64,000 nucleotides of DNA from Chrysomallon squamiferum (lineage: Eukaryota > Animalia > Mollusca): contig CM022665.1 of NCBI GenBank assembly GCA_012295275.1, positions 23,126,001 through 23,190,000 on the forward strand, written 5' to 3'. Shown here piece after piece: positions 43,340 through 57,491 of this stretch. Under the pieces are notes generated by a model that saw nothing but the letters and a program-made list of their open reading frames with translations, was not told where the DNA came from and searched no databases. The stretch's first letter is position 1, and each line of letters starts with the position of its first letter. The position numbers and the translations under genes were made by a program.

Positions 43340-43774
43340 AGCGCGCACGCGCCCTGAAATTTTCATTTTATTTTAGAATCTTAAAAACTAAGTTATTAAA
43401 AAGAAGAAGAAAAAAGCTTGATATAGTATTATTATTATTATTGTGTTTACAGCCAAATGCATAAACATGATTACTATCATTAGACCTGAAAATTCACAAT
43501 CAAGCGAAATAACCATTTCATTATATATTCCCCGCTGTATACGTGATTTGAACACAGATTATAAAATATTGAAAATTGGTCACCAAAAATAATCTCGGGA
43601 GAGAAAAACTTCCGTCATTTATGAAATGGCGGTTAATAATCCGCTTTTTTCTCATTTTGATGGAATTAACTCTCATGCAATGTGAGTGAAAATCAGAGAA
43701 CGCTGGTTGATCACAGACTAAAACTTATTGTATTGAAGATATTAAAACTTGGAATCAGGATTTGAACAGAAACA

Positions 43775-43823
<49 letters not shown>

Positions 43824-44995
43824 TATTTGTCGTGGACGAAGTCTGATCCTTCTTTTTCTATTGCAAAATGCCATATGTCATTATCTTTTCCTAAAAAAGT
43901 CATGTGTGAAAATTAAAAGTTCATTTTTGAAAGTCGCGGGGGTATATATTATTAATATTGTTATTATTAATATCTAGCTTAATTTGTTTTTAGGTATTGA
44001 ATACATTTGGGTTAGTCGCTGTGACGTCATAGTACTGAGTTACGTATTTGCGTTTAAATTTAGATGTTATTGTACACGTTATTAAAACGAAAATAAAACC
44101 TGTTTTTCTTTGCTGTATATTATAAATTATATAATACAGAACCATATGACATTTATTAAATTCTAATGTAACATGTCTCTTATTAATTTTTATAAAACGT
44201 AAAAAAAAATGTTCCTCTTCAGTATTTCACAACAGACTATGTTTAAGGGAGAACACTAAAACAACACTACCAGCGCAAAAATGGATTCAAGCAAAAATAA
44301 AATTAAAATACTTCAGGAAAAACAAATTTTGAAATAAAATATCAACAGCAGCAACAAAAATAACTTACGTTTCTTCTTTCTAAATTTACTTTAACTTTAA
44401 ATAAATGTTGTTTTATTGTATTTCATTATTTTGCTTTAATAACTTCTCTTCAAAAACTGTTTTAATGGTTTGAGTATTTATGTTATTACTAACTGAACAC
44501 TCAGTTTGACGTTCACAGTACTAACAAATAAAATACAGTCTATACGCGATATATTTAATCTTTCTTGTTTCTTGTTCTTTTTTATATCTCAACACGCGCG
44601 CAAAAGAAAAAAAAAAAAAAAAAAAAAAAAAGAAGAATATTGTATATCCATAGCTTAGGGAGCAACCATGGTACAGCAGCATACTGGCAAAACAAAATTA
44701 AAATTAGCATATGCTGAACATGACAGTGTTGTATTTTAAGTGCTCGATATCAAAAATAGTTATATATGTGTGTGTACGTATATTATTTTCCAAGATAAAT
44801 TAGATTTTATATCCAACAAATGGTCTGATTATATAATATAAAATAAAACAATTATCTATGCAGTATATTTAATTCTAATTATTTATCAAAATAAATAAAT
44901 TCTTCGATTTTTGAAATTAACAGTTTGACAAAATTGTTAATTTCAAGAACTGAGGGACTGGTTCATTTTTGACTAAATTGTGCAATAGATTTTCT

Positions 44996-45030
<35 letters not shown>

Positions 45031-46025
45031 CGAAAATAAAATTTAAAAAATGAAAAACAGGATTTCCAATACAATTATTTTCCAAAGTGGCTCCAGACCT
45101 TTCAACAGCTGCATTCTCGTCTATTTCTTAATTTCATTGCACTGCAAAACTTAAGAATTATTACTATAAATCTGTTTGAATTGCCCTTAATGGTGCATTT
45201 ATGTCAATTGAATCTCTCTCCAATTCGACACCGTCACATTTGATTGGTGTAGATTTGCAGATACCTCAATTATGGGAAAGTACTTTATCAGATTTTAACA
45301 ATTATCTTAACAGTAATGATGTAAACGTTTCACAAGATTCAAGGCGGGCTCTTAACCAAGACAAATGTCCCTCGACAAGAGCCCGCTAATGTACTCTTCA
45401 ACTGCTACTACTGCTGTACCAAGTTTGTCTCTCTGTATAAAAATTATTGACTGGTCATCCTGGATTTGAAAAACAGAAACTGAAATTAGCCATTTTTAGA
45501 AAATAGCTCTATTATGTATGACAACAATGGAGCGATTATTCCATTTCCGACAGAATTTGCAATTGGCTGTTCCATGTTAAGTCCTTTTATAGGCAATGAT
45601 TCTGGGGTTTTTTTGTTTGTCAAAAATATTTCTGTGATGTTTAAAATCAAAATAAAAATCTCATCTCCGTCAGATCAAATTCATGAAATGGTGATTTAAT
45701 GTTAATTCCTCCATTTGCAAAGAAGCTGCTTTTTTTTTTTTTTTTTTTTTCTTCACATTTCTATAGTAGAAACGTTACATTTCATGTATAAAAGAAGTAA
45801 AAATATTTTACTAATGAAAAAAAATTTAGTATTTTATTTTAAATGTCAAATGATTGAATAAATTAATCATAACAAATTTTTTAAATATTTATGTAACTGA
45901 ATATAATACACACACACAAACACACACACACACAGAAAGAAAGAGAGAGAGAGAGAAAGAGAGAGAGAGATTCAATAATTAAAATAATATAACAACAACA
46001 ACAGCAACAACAACAACAACAACAA

Positions 46026-46058
<33 letters not shown>

Positions 46059-49000
46059 CGCAATCAAATTACATCATTATAATTAAATATAATTTTTATT
46101 TATATTTCGCTATAAAACATTTTTTTTAGAATTATACAGTGTTATTCATTTATTTTTGGACATAAATTAAATTTATACAGATTTTAAGAGTAATTTCTTA
46201 ATACTTTTTATGCATTAAAAATAATATCAGAATGTGTATAAATTATTATTAATATTATTATTATTATTGTTGTTGTTGTTGTTGTTGTTGTTGTAATAGC
46301 TAACACGTTTCTAAAATAAAAATAATTATCTTTTAACAGATTTTAAACTACATTTATATATACTGTTTTAAGTCTCTTATAATTTTTATTTATTTATTTC
46401 CAGTTAAAATTTTGATGATATTTCCTACAAGTCACACAAACATGAATATAAATCAGATACAAAATGTTTTAGATAATTAAATATTTTTGCTGCTATAATA
46501 ACAACAACAACAACAGTAATAATAATAATAATAATGACATTTTATTAAAAACATATTAGCTTTTATTTAAATTTAAAAATTGTTAGTAGCACCAATATAT
46601 TTATTTCATTAATTAATTAATTAATTTACAAACAAAGGTTAGAGATTTATATATTTCTTTATTTATTCATTCATTCATTTTGACACAGATAAATTTTCTT
46701 TTTTTTCTTTTAAAAACATTTTTATATCCAACAAATAATATTATCAGTGAGGATTTTTACAGAAGAATAAATATCTTTTTTATTAAATTTTATAAACTCT
46801 TCTTAAAATAGAAATGGTAATTTTCAGGACTATAGTATCATTTATTTATTTTGTTGTATTTATTTATTTTTTTATTTATTTATTTTTTTTTATTCTTTAA
46901 TTTTATTAAAAATAGCAATTATACACAACTTAACAAAATCAAATATTTTATATAGTTTTAATATTTTGCTAACGTACTTACATTCCACAACAAAATTCTT
47001 ATTTACTGCATCATTTCATTTGAAACAGAAAATAAATTTTAAGATAAATATTTTCACCTGTTTTCCGAGCAGAAAGAAAACCGATTATGGTTCACAATCA
47101 TGTAGTAAGATGGTGTTTTGCGGAACTTAATTATAAGCGGTAAATCCTAATTAATTCCTGTCAAGTAAATTACTTAGTTCTTTTTTCTTTTGTTTTTTTT
47201 TGTGGACGGTGGGGTTGATTGACGGAGCTTTGAGTTTATGGACATAAAGAAGACGTATGTGACTGAAAAACATATCTGTGTTAAAATCAAGTTTAACTTT
47301 ACTTCCTACAGTCTCATGCAAAGTGCTTACAGATATGAAGGCCTCTATATAACAACAAACATCTTTCATAAACAATCAAATCAGCAAATATAATAAAATA
47401 ATAATAATATATGTAAATAAATAACAACAACAACACAATAATAATAAAGAAAAACATGACAAATTATATGGCTGTCAACAAATCGTAGAATTAATTCCGT
47501 TTATAATGTGATAGTTTATAATTATAATAATTTCTTACGCAAGAAAATATATAATAAATCACAAATAAGAATTCTTTCCATTAGATAAATAAATTTTATT
47601 AATTGAAATCCTGAAGAAATCTTTCCACAAGATATATTAGAAAAAATATATATTTGTAGCAGATGCATTACTTATATCAGTCCCAAGAATACACATGTAT
47701 TCACAGAACCAAACATGTCTGCATTCTTACCAAACTAATTTCTGTAAATAACCAAATTCTCATGTAGTTATTTTCTCTTACAGTTATATACTTGTGTTTG
47801 CTCCTGAGTCTGCAGTCCAGTTAATGAATTTCATATCAACGATAAATATGTAAAAAAATAAAAATAAAATAATAATAATAATTTAAGGACAATAGACAAA
47901 TAATCCCGGTAAAAAACAACATATTTCTGTAAGTCAGCTTCTTTGTTTTTCTCACGCCGTCGGGGATAAAAAAAAAATATTGAAGCTACCATTAATAATG
48001 TTTTATGGGGAAGGCCAATTTTGCAATACTTTAAATATCTTACCATAAGTTTGTCTGTTCGCCTTGAGGCGAATCAAATTACTGAAGAAAGTATGGAACG
48101 CACCACTGATAAGTGCACATCAACATATTCTCTTTTGTTTGTTTATAGACTACCAGGGTTTGTTTTTAATTGTTAGCAATCTTTCACTTGAATGGAGCTA
48201 ATAACCATTTATTATTTTCAAAAATAAAGTGTTATTCAATAAATGAAAACAACACTCACTCAGATGTGCATAAAGTATTCGAAGATTATCGCCTGCATAA
48301 ACACGGGCTTTGAAGTTTACAGAACAATCTGACACGAAAAATGTTAGTAAGTTATGCGCCTAGGGCGTTTCGGCTCGAAGGTAGTTTGGGACCCGGCTTT
48401 GTTTTATTTATATTGGGGATATTCAGCGCTGGACTTTGTCAGATTTTATCGAGTATATTTCAAAGCACTGATCTAAATGAAGTATAAAAATATTTTGAAA
48501 ATGTGTGGAATGATATTATTTTTCTGTGGAATTCAGTTGTCAATCTCTTTTCAGTAAGTCGTGATCTTTAACATTCATGCAGTTTTGAAGATATTAAGCA
48601 ACAATTACACCGAAATTAATATGTATAGCTTACAACAGTAGTGAGCCCACGTATCCATGTTGTAGTCCTGCACTGCCCGTTATCTAATATTTTTTCGAAA
48701 TACAAAGGTTATATTCTTCTAAATAGACGTGTAGCAAGAATCTTTAATCAGCCATAAAATACATCCAGTTTGTTCTTCTTTTGTAATGTAAATTATACAT
48801 ACCTTCATAATTTTTTTTTTTTTTTTTTTAAATTATGTTTATGTAATTTGCGCAGTCAGGTACACCTTTTGTCAGTAATCGGATATCTGAAATTTAAAGT
48901 AAGAAATTTCGTGAATTACTATAATTAACGAAAAAAAAACAATTAATAAAAAAACAATAAAAAAAAAAACAATAGCGAAATAATGAAACGTTCAAAAACA

Positions 49001-49583
49001 AATAAATAAATATAAAGCAGATGAATTAAGATAATAATAATAATAATAAATAAATAAATAAATAAATAAACTATTTACAGAACCTGCGTTTTCTGTAGAC
49101 TTAGATGTGTACAGATAATTTTATATTTTTTTCACTGTTATGGTTGCTCACAGGTATGCTTAGATTGTTAACTAGAATATTTGTTTACAGTGTGTGCATA
49201 CGAGTGATAGGTCATGATGCTTGTATATTCCAGAACATGAATAGTATTAGGATTTGTTTTAAGGGTACATATAAAGGGTATTTTTCTTGCAAATATTTTT
49301 CACTTAATAAACTAGTCAATTTAAATTAACTTTTATTATTTTTGAAAGAAGCAAATTACGAAGAAACAAAGACGAATGAACTGTGAATGAATGAGAAAAC
49401 TGCGCTAAGCCATTGTTATTTATTCATATATTTAGTACAGATGTACGTAACTCTCAGCTTATTAAACTGACAATAACAATGGTGTTGTTCAAATTATAAA
49501 TTGAGCTGTAATATAGTAAAAAAATAATATTTACACAGATACGATATTATAAATTTATCTTCTTTTATCACCAATATTTGTTT

Positions 49584-49618
<35 letters not shown>

Positions 49619-50332
49619 TATTATTATTATTATTATTATTTAGTTGTTTTTTTTTTTTTTATGTCATTAGTTTAGGCCTATAATTATGACTCATGCAACA
49701 CATCATTACGTCTGTTTAACATTAATTTCACGCTATTAGTAGTCTTTTCGGTTTTTACATTTATAAAAATAAAAGATTGTGTTAAATTTATGTCCCGTTA
49801 ACTAATTAGCTAAAGTCACTGTAGAGTATCTTCTGGATTTTTTTTTTTTTTTTTTTTTTTTTTCTTTCTCTAAAGCTGCATATTACACGTTTTGACGAGA
49901 AAACTCCGAAGAATAATTTAATTTCAGAAATTAATACAAAGCCATTAGATCCCATTATTTTTCGTTAATAAGATGTGGTTTATGAGAAACTCTCGCATTC
50001 AGAGCAAATCGCCTTATGAGGTAATACTGCGAATATAACAAAATTACTATTCTGCGTATCATATTTATGTATTTAGACATTGTCGTCGAGTGTTATGTGC
50101 TGTCGGAATATCCTATCACGTTTAAACAAGCGTGAACGTTGAGGAGTATAATACTGCTAAAGTTATTTACAAATAAGGCATTAGGATTTCTTTTGTGTTA
50201 AGCATTATCTTATTTCTACAAGCGCGCGTTCACACAACGTTCATTACTCAAGCAGATACAATTATCTTCTCTTTTTTTTTCTTTTCTTTTTGTGTCTATC
50301 TTCTTTTTCTTCTGTGTCTATTTCGTTATCTG

Positions 50333-50419
<87 letters not shown>

Positions 50420-50717
50420 AGTTTATAATAATAATAGAATTAAAAACCTCTTGATTTTAATTCCTATTCATGTTACCTGACTTGTATCGGATGAAAGTTT
50501 TACTAAAGCAAGTCAGTTGCATTTTATTTCGTTATTACTATAATTATGTGACTGATACAAAATATTTTTGACAAGCGCTAATTCGAACAGAGAAAAGACA
50601 ATATTGACAGCAAGTGAAATTTTAACACAAATAGGCGTTTAGCGATACCATTAATGTGTTTAGCCTTAGAAAAGAGCAAGATGCAGACATGCAGACTGAG
50701 ATGTAGGACTAAAAGAC

Positions 50718-50813
<96 letters not shown>

Positions 50814-50939
50814 ATAAAAAATAATGGAACAAAAGAAATACGATTAACTGATATATACAAATTAAAGAAACGTAATAATTTTCCGACTACGTTCCTATAC
50901 AGTAAAAGGAATTTTATTTTTAACTGGCTTTGTCTTTTC

Positions 50940-51310
50940 TGTTAAAAGCGAATATCATTTGATTGTCGAGACGATTTCACGAGTAATTGTCTAAGCAAAA
51001 TAACCAGCTGCCGGACATACACTTGTCTGTTTGTGTGTCTACAACACAGCAGAGACATATTCCTGCAGGCACCAGTGTAAAATGTCATCAAAATAAAAGT
51101 GATCAGTCTATAAAGTATGCCCTCAACAAGATTATCATGTCCGTAGACCGCAACCTTTCGCTCGCTGACAGCTAGCACTTAGTTAAGCTATTAGCGTAGC
51201 TACCTGGAGGGAAACGAACATTTGGCGGGGAACGATCATAATACTTCGGTGGACGACCGCCACGATGCGTTTGATATGTATTATTTCTGACAGACATTTT
51301 CAACACTCGT
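50940..51310. promoter_or_regulatory. High-complexity island
   Basis: CpG-containing unique block between (GA)n and poly-T tracts, no credible ORF. Confidence 0.3.
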
Positions 51311-51702
51311 TTACTAATTAAAGCATAAAATAAAGCAAAACATTTTATTTTTTATTAACATGTTTTCAATTTTATTCATCGCAAAATCAATTTTTTTTTT
51401 TTTTTTTTTCTTTTTTATTATTTGGTTCAGACGGATAATGCGAAAATGACTCCGAAAACGTTCTGCTGATTAACCAATAATGCATTTGCATCATGTTTTC
51501 TCGCTTTTTTTTTTAATAATTTTTTTTATTTTTTATTTTTTTTTTTTTTTTTTTTTTTTTAAATATTGCATTTACATCCATTAAAGATATTCCTAACAGT
51601 AAATTATGTGCTTCGTAAAGTCTTGCTCATACGTTTTAGAAAATTATTAATTTTATATTTTTAAGATGATATGTTTACATGTGATAAAATGTTCTTATTG
51701 GT

Positions 51703-51857
<155 letters not shown>

Positions 51858-52499
51858 TACTATTATTATTCTCTTTTTTTTTTTAACTCTTTTTGTTAAT
51901 CTAAGAAAAAGCAATACCAAAGTTAGTATATATTTTGTAATGAAGAGAATTAAAGGGAAATGTTTTGAACTTATATCAAATTAAAGCCATTACGTTGCTT
52001 CACACACACTGGCGGAACAACTTCAAATCTGCCAATTTCAGGATAAGGGCTCGATACCAAAAATAATTATGTGTGTGTGTGTGTGTTTGTACGTACTTTA
52101 TTTTCTTAAATAAATTAAATTTTATATCCAACAAACTTTTTAATTGCGTAACACTTAATCAAACAATTACATATATATACTGAATGTAATTTGTAAGACA
52201 GTAAAAGTTGATCAAATTCAAATTACATATAAAAGTGTTTTTATTTCATAGATGACGGTGGTGTTGATTATGATGATGATGACGACCATGGCAGTTATAG
52301 TAAGGGAAATTATAAATATATAAATGCGAATAGAAGTTTACAACAATAATAGACGTTGTGCACATAACAGAATCAGTAGAAAAGAGATTAAGATGTTGTT
52401 TGTTTTGTGTGTTTTTTTTCTCCATTTCCCATATTCCCCTTTCATTTAATAGCATTCGCTTGTATATCTAATTTATATTATTTTTGTGAGAATGAAACA

Positions 52500-53430
52500 A
52501 ATATCGGCTGAAAGCAACATCTGAGTCCTATTTGTGGAATTGATTACTAACTGAACGGTTAACTGGAAGTAGCCGAAATTTAGCGCGGCACGACTTGTCA
52601 GCTTCCATCACTCAATTACAGCCAGTTATCAGAAGCAAATAGATTCGTTTTCATCCTGCTATTTGTTTTATAGGCTAGGATTTGCGTGGATTTAACAAGG
52701 AGGCAAATTGATAAGTTGTGTTTGTTTTAAGACGGAAATACATTTGAGACAGGAGTCACAATATGAGTAATTGAATTTCCAAAGTCTGGAAATCCATCTC
52801 GAACTCTCAAATGATTGCTGAGCACATGAGCGAGTGCAAAGCTCCGCCCAAACAATTAGACTCGAAATCGGAGACCGCATTCCGATTTTTAGCCTAATCC
52901 CTTGCCAGACCACACTGCGGGTTCCGTGGCAGCCAGCTTCGTGTGTAAACACCGCTCACATCGGGGCTTCATTTGCCTTCCTTCTTGCTTATTACTTGTC
53001 AAAAATTTGTCAGAAATATTCTAGCTTCGGGTATCATTTTCTCGGTGGGGAGCGAAACAGAACTTGCCTATTCTCTCAAGAGAATCCCAGCCCATGTCAA
53101 TTTTCATTTGAGAGTGCATAGCTAGAGGGCAACTGTAATAGGAAAGTGAACTAAAGATTGGAGTGTCACTTGTCTTGGCTAAAAAAGAACGTAAAAGACG
53201 TGGTATCCGCTGTCGTATGTGATAGCACATCACAAAACACAAAGGCGCGTTGTTCCACGAAAAACCCCTGGGAAGTGATCCCCCATGACTTTGCCATATA
53301 GAAGAAAATAGGAGAGGAACGAAAAAAAGAAAAGAAAATACGCCACTCATTAATGTCAAATATTTTGATGATAGCTGAAAAGCATCATGTTATCGACAAA
53401 AACTCGCGTACTCTTTGACCTAATGTCATA
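52500..53430. promoter_or_regulatory. High-complexity island with a consensus SIX-family binding motif
   Basis: GC/CpG-richer and microsatellite-free. GGGTATCA at 53029-53036 and partial CTCF-like core CTAGAGGGCA at 53122-53131. Confidence 0.45.
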
Positions 53431-54600
53431 AGTAATATGTTTGTTTCCAGAGCTGTTCAAATATATCTCTTGGAAAGATCTCTTCAGTTTTGCAACCCGA
53501 ATATAAAACATTATTGTAGTTTAGATGCACACTGTAAGGTTTCATATTTCGTTTTGAATGGTTCTCGTAATTATTTTAATATTTCTATACATCTACACAC
53601 AAATATCATCAGCTTGGCAGCTACGGTGAAAGTCAAAATGGTGTTACTCAACTGTAGAACTCAGTTTGTAATTTAAGTTGTTTATACCTGAAAATGAATG
53701 CAGTTTATTGTTAGCAATAGCATATCGGAAACAGCCGTCTTTAGAAGAATTGTCACTACCAGTTCTAAATAGAAAAATAAATAAACAAAGTAAATAACCA
53801 CATTTCAAAAATGAAGGAATGGAAATATTGTTTCATTCATATTAAACTGTTAAATATGATTTGCAAATTTCATTATTAGATATATCTAAAGAAATAAAAA
53901 TGTATATCGTATTTGCTGCATTTTGCTTCTTTTAAAGTCTGTTGTTATTTAATGGGAGAAAAACGAGTACCAATATTGTTTGCTTCAGTAAACATTATAT
54001 GTTCGGTTTTGTATTGTGTCCGTAATACGATATTTAAACTGACGGAAGGAAAACATAACAACTTAATTGCTGGTTCAAAACAGACTATTAACCATAGAAT
54101 TACTCCATAATGTAGTCTTTCTACACCGAATGCCCGTTTCATTTTTAACATCAGAAATACGGTCTAATTTCAATAAATATATCCATTTATCTCAATTAGT
54201 TATTTCTTACTAAGCTAACTTCTGATACCAAGGATATCATCAGCTTTTAGGTGTGTTAATATGTCCAATATAGCATCTGTTATAGATCATAAATATATAT
54301 ACGAAGTCCGTTGTCTGTGCTAAAATGATAGGTCTCGCCTTCATATTTCTTCATTGCATATTATTTACTCTGGGCTGCGAGAAAATCTATTGAAAATGTT
54401 CAATACTTGTAAGCAGAGGTATGGAGTCGCCCATAATGACGTGAAATAATTAGAGTTGTCGGACAGAGATATTGGCGAGAGGAAGATATTTTTGTATCAA
54501 ACCTGTCATTAGTGTGTCGTGTAGTACTCGCACAGTCTCCACCAATCGAAACAATGTCCAAGTAAAGAAACATACAAAGAAACTGAAATTGTGTGTGTGT

Positions 54601-54680
<80 letters not shown>

Positions 54681-54994
54681 CTTTATCCATTATGTTTGTT
54701 TCTCACTTTCTTTCTCTCCATTCACATCAATAAGTTTGTTTCTCCGTTTCTCGTTTACAATCTGTACTTGGAAACCAGGTTTGTTTGTTTCTGTTTGAAT
54801 GTGTGTCTGTGCCATTCTCTCTCCTAGAACGTTATTTAAGTATTACGTTTGTATGCATGGATGGATAGAGTGACGTGTGTGTATGTGTGTGCATGTTAGT
54901 TTGTATGTACGTACGTATGTCCATCTGCTACTGCTATTACTGTTGTTACTACTATTACTACTACTGCTACTACTACTTTTATTATTATTATTAT

Positions 54995-55039
<45 letters not shown>

Positions 55040-55553
55040 CGCTAATAATAATAATAAGAAGAAGAAGAACAACAAGAAGATGTAAACAACCTTCTCTTCT
55101 AATTCTGTCAAATATATTATTTCGCCCTATGAAGAAAAGATATGTATTGTTTCTTCCATTTCATTTGCCTTTTTCTGTATTAAGACATTTTACATGTGCG
55201 GCTGGTATGGTAATCTAATTTGGGCAATTACTGGATTAAAATATGCTTTCCGCTAATTGGTGTCTGCTGTGAATTGTCACTTAACATTAAGTGTTTAATA
55301 TCATATCTTCCTCACAAAACTTAATTCTAAAGAAAACAACAAAAAATGTCATCTTAATACCAGATATTTTATTAACATTTTCAAATGAAAAGAAATTACA
55401 AAAAATACAAATATAAATGAATAATATATTTTTAAAATATGTTAATAAAAAAAGTAATATTTTATTTATTTAATTTTCATTTTCAGTACACACACACAGA
55501 CGCACACACACACACAGAGAGATAAACAGATAGCTAGCTAGATACATAGATAC

Positions 55554-55635
<82 letters not shown>

Positions 55636-56494
55636 ATTTCATTTATGATTATCATCGTTGTATTTAACTGCAACTGATTGATAATTGTGATTATGACGTT
55701 GCTGTTGATATTATTCTTCATCATCTTCCCCCATCATTAACATCAAGTGAGCTTTAGATATAAATTTCTATCATTAATAATAATATTATTATAGATCCCC
55801 AACTGAAAAAAATCAAAATCAAAATCAAATCAAATCAAATACTATAAATTAAAAAAATAATAATAATAAAAAAAAAAATATCGAAACTAAAGATACACTT
55901 CAAGCTAAGTTTCAGATAAATACCTAACTTATAACTTACTGCTCGGATAACAATGTCTCTTAAGAAATAAATATTCCAAAACAATGTGCTTAAGATATGA
56001 AATAATCTACGCAATTAGTGTCAGTTTTTAAAATCATGGAGATTATAAAATTTCTACCTTTCCACATTCATGTTTTCTTATCAATGCAGTGACACCAGGG
56101 AGAGGGTTATCTACCTTAGTCATGATATGAAGATTATCCAGGCAATTTTGGACAATATTGAAGCATTCTTTTAGGGGCGATAACTTAAGCCGATATTTTG
56201 ACACTAAAGACAACACGTACTATGATGACGCAATTGGTCTATAATGCCACACCTGAAGGAGTGTCAATCTAAAGAAACCTGTACTCATGTCAGATAGATG
56301 TCGCTGTGTTATGGGTATTAATAATTATGTTGTATTGTAACAGTTTGCCCATGACTGAAGATAACAAGACACGCCTGTCTGATTGCGTATGTCACATAAA
56401 TGTATAAAATTCCTAACCTACGAAAAAAAAAAAAAAATTGATATTATTATTATCTTTTAATGTCCGGATATAATAAGAATGTGTATTGAAAGGT

Positions 56495-56540
<46 letters not shown>

Positions 56541-56569
56541 TGTTGTTGTAGTTGTTTTTATTATTATTA

Positions 56570-56626
<57 letters not shown>

Positions 56627-57451
56627 GTTCAGGTCTCATTAACCGGTTGTCTACATGTGAGTGCATGTATTTCTGTATGTCTGTCTACTGTAGATATGTG
56701 TGTATGTATCTACGTATGTTTGTATGCATGTATTTACATATGTATTGATTCATTTGCATATTCTTGCGAAATACATGTATATTAATTATGCACATACTTG
56801 TAAGCATTTGTGTACCTAGCTGTTCTCTGTTTATGTATCTATGCTGTTATGTGGATTTTTTCGATGAATGATCCCACATACAATAAATAATGAATTAACT
56901 GATGCATTAGAGGCCATCATTCTTGCCACTATCAGTTGACAATACTGTAATGGTAGTCAGTGAGCCGTCTAAAGCACACAGTACATGAATAAATACATGT
57001 TAAATATACACTGGTATAATTATGGCCGTAGAGTCTCTTTGTGTTTAGCGAATTTCGAAACTTGCTATTAGTGTATGTAAACAGTTTCAGCTACTCACTA
57101 TGTTTTCATTAAACAGGTGAAAGAGCTTAAGTCAAAAATACAGGAAAATATAATCATATATGTATATATGTATACTGTATGTTCAAAATTTATATTTTAA
57201 ATTATTGTTATTACAAGACCTAATCTTTTTATTATTATATTTTTTTTTATACTCTCTGTCATCCTTTCAGTTCTGATCGATCAGATCTAATCAAACGATT
57301 GTCTGTCTGTATGTCTGTCTATATGTATGTATATGTATGTATATGTATGTATGTATATGTGAATGTTTGTATGTTAATCCATGGCTATCATGAATCATAA
57401 TCATCATCATTACTATTGTTTTCGTCATCGTCGTCATCATCATCATCATCA

Positions 57452-57491
<40 letters not shown>

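Noticed and set aside
42889-48380. Shared 10-mer CGGCTCGAAG at 42889 and 48371
   Set aside because: Flanks do not align; compatible with chance.
52692-53359. Overlapping ORFs considered as a possible last exon of a convergent Six1/2 gene
   Set aside because: No Six1/2-like Ser/Pro-rich tail or suitable minus-strand acceptor was found.
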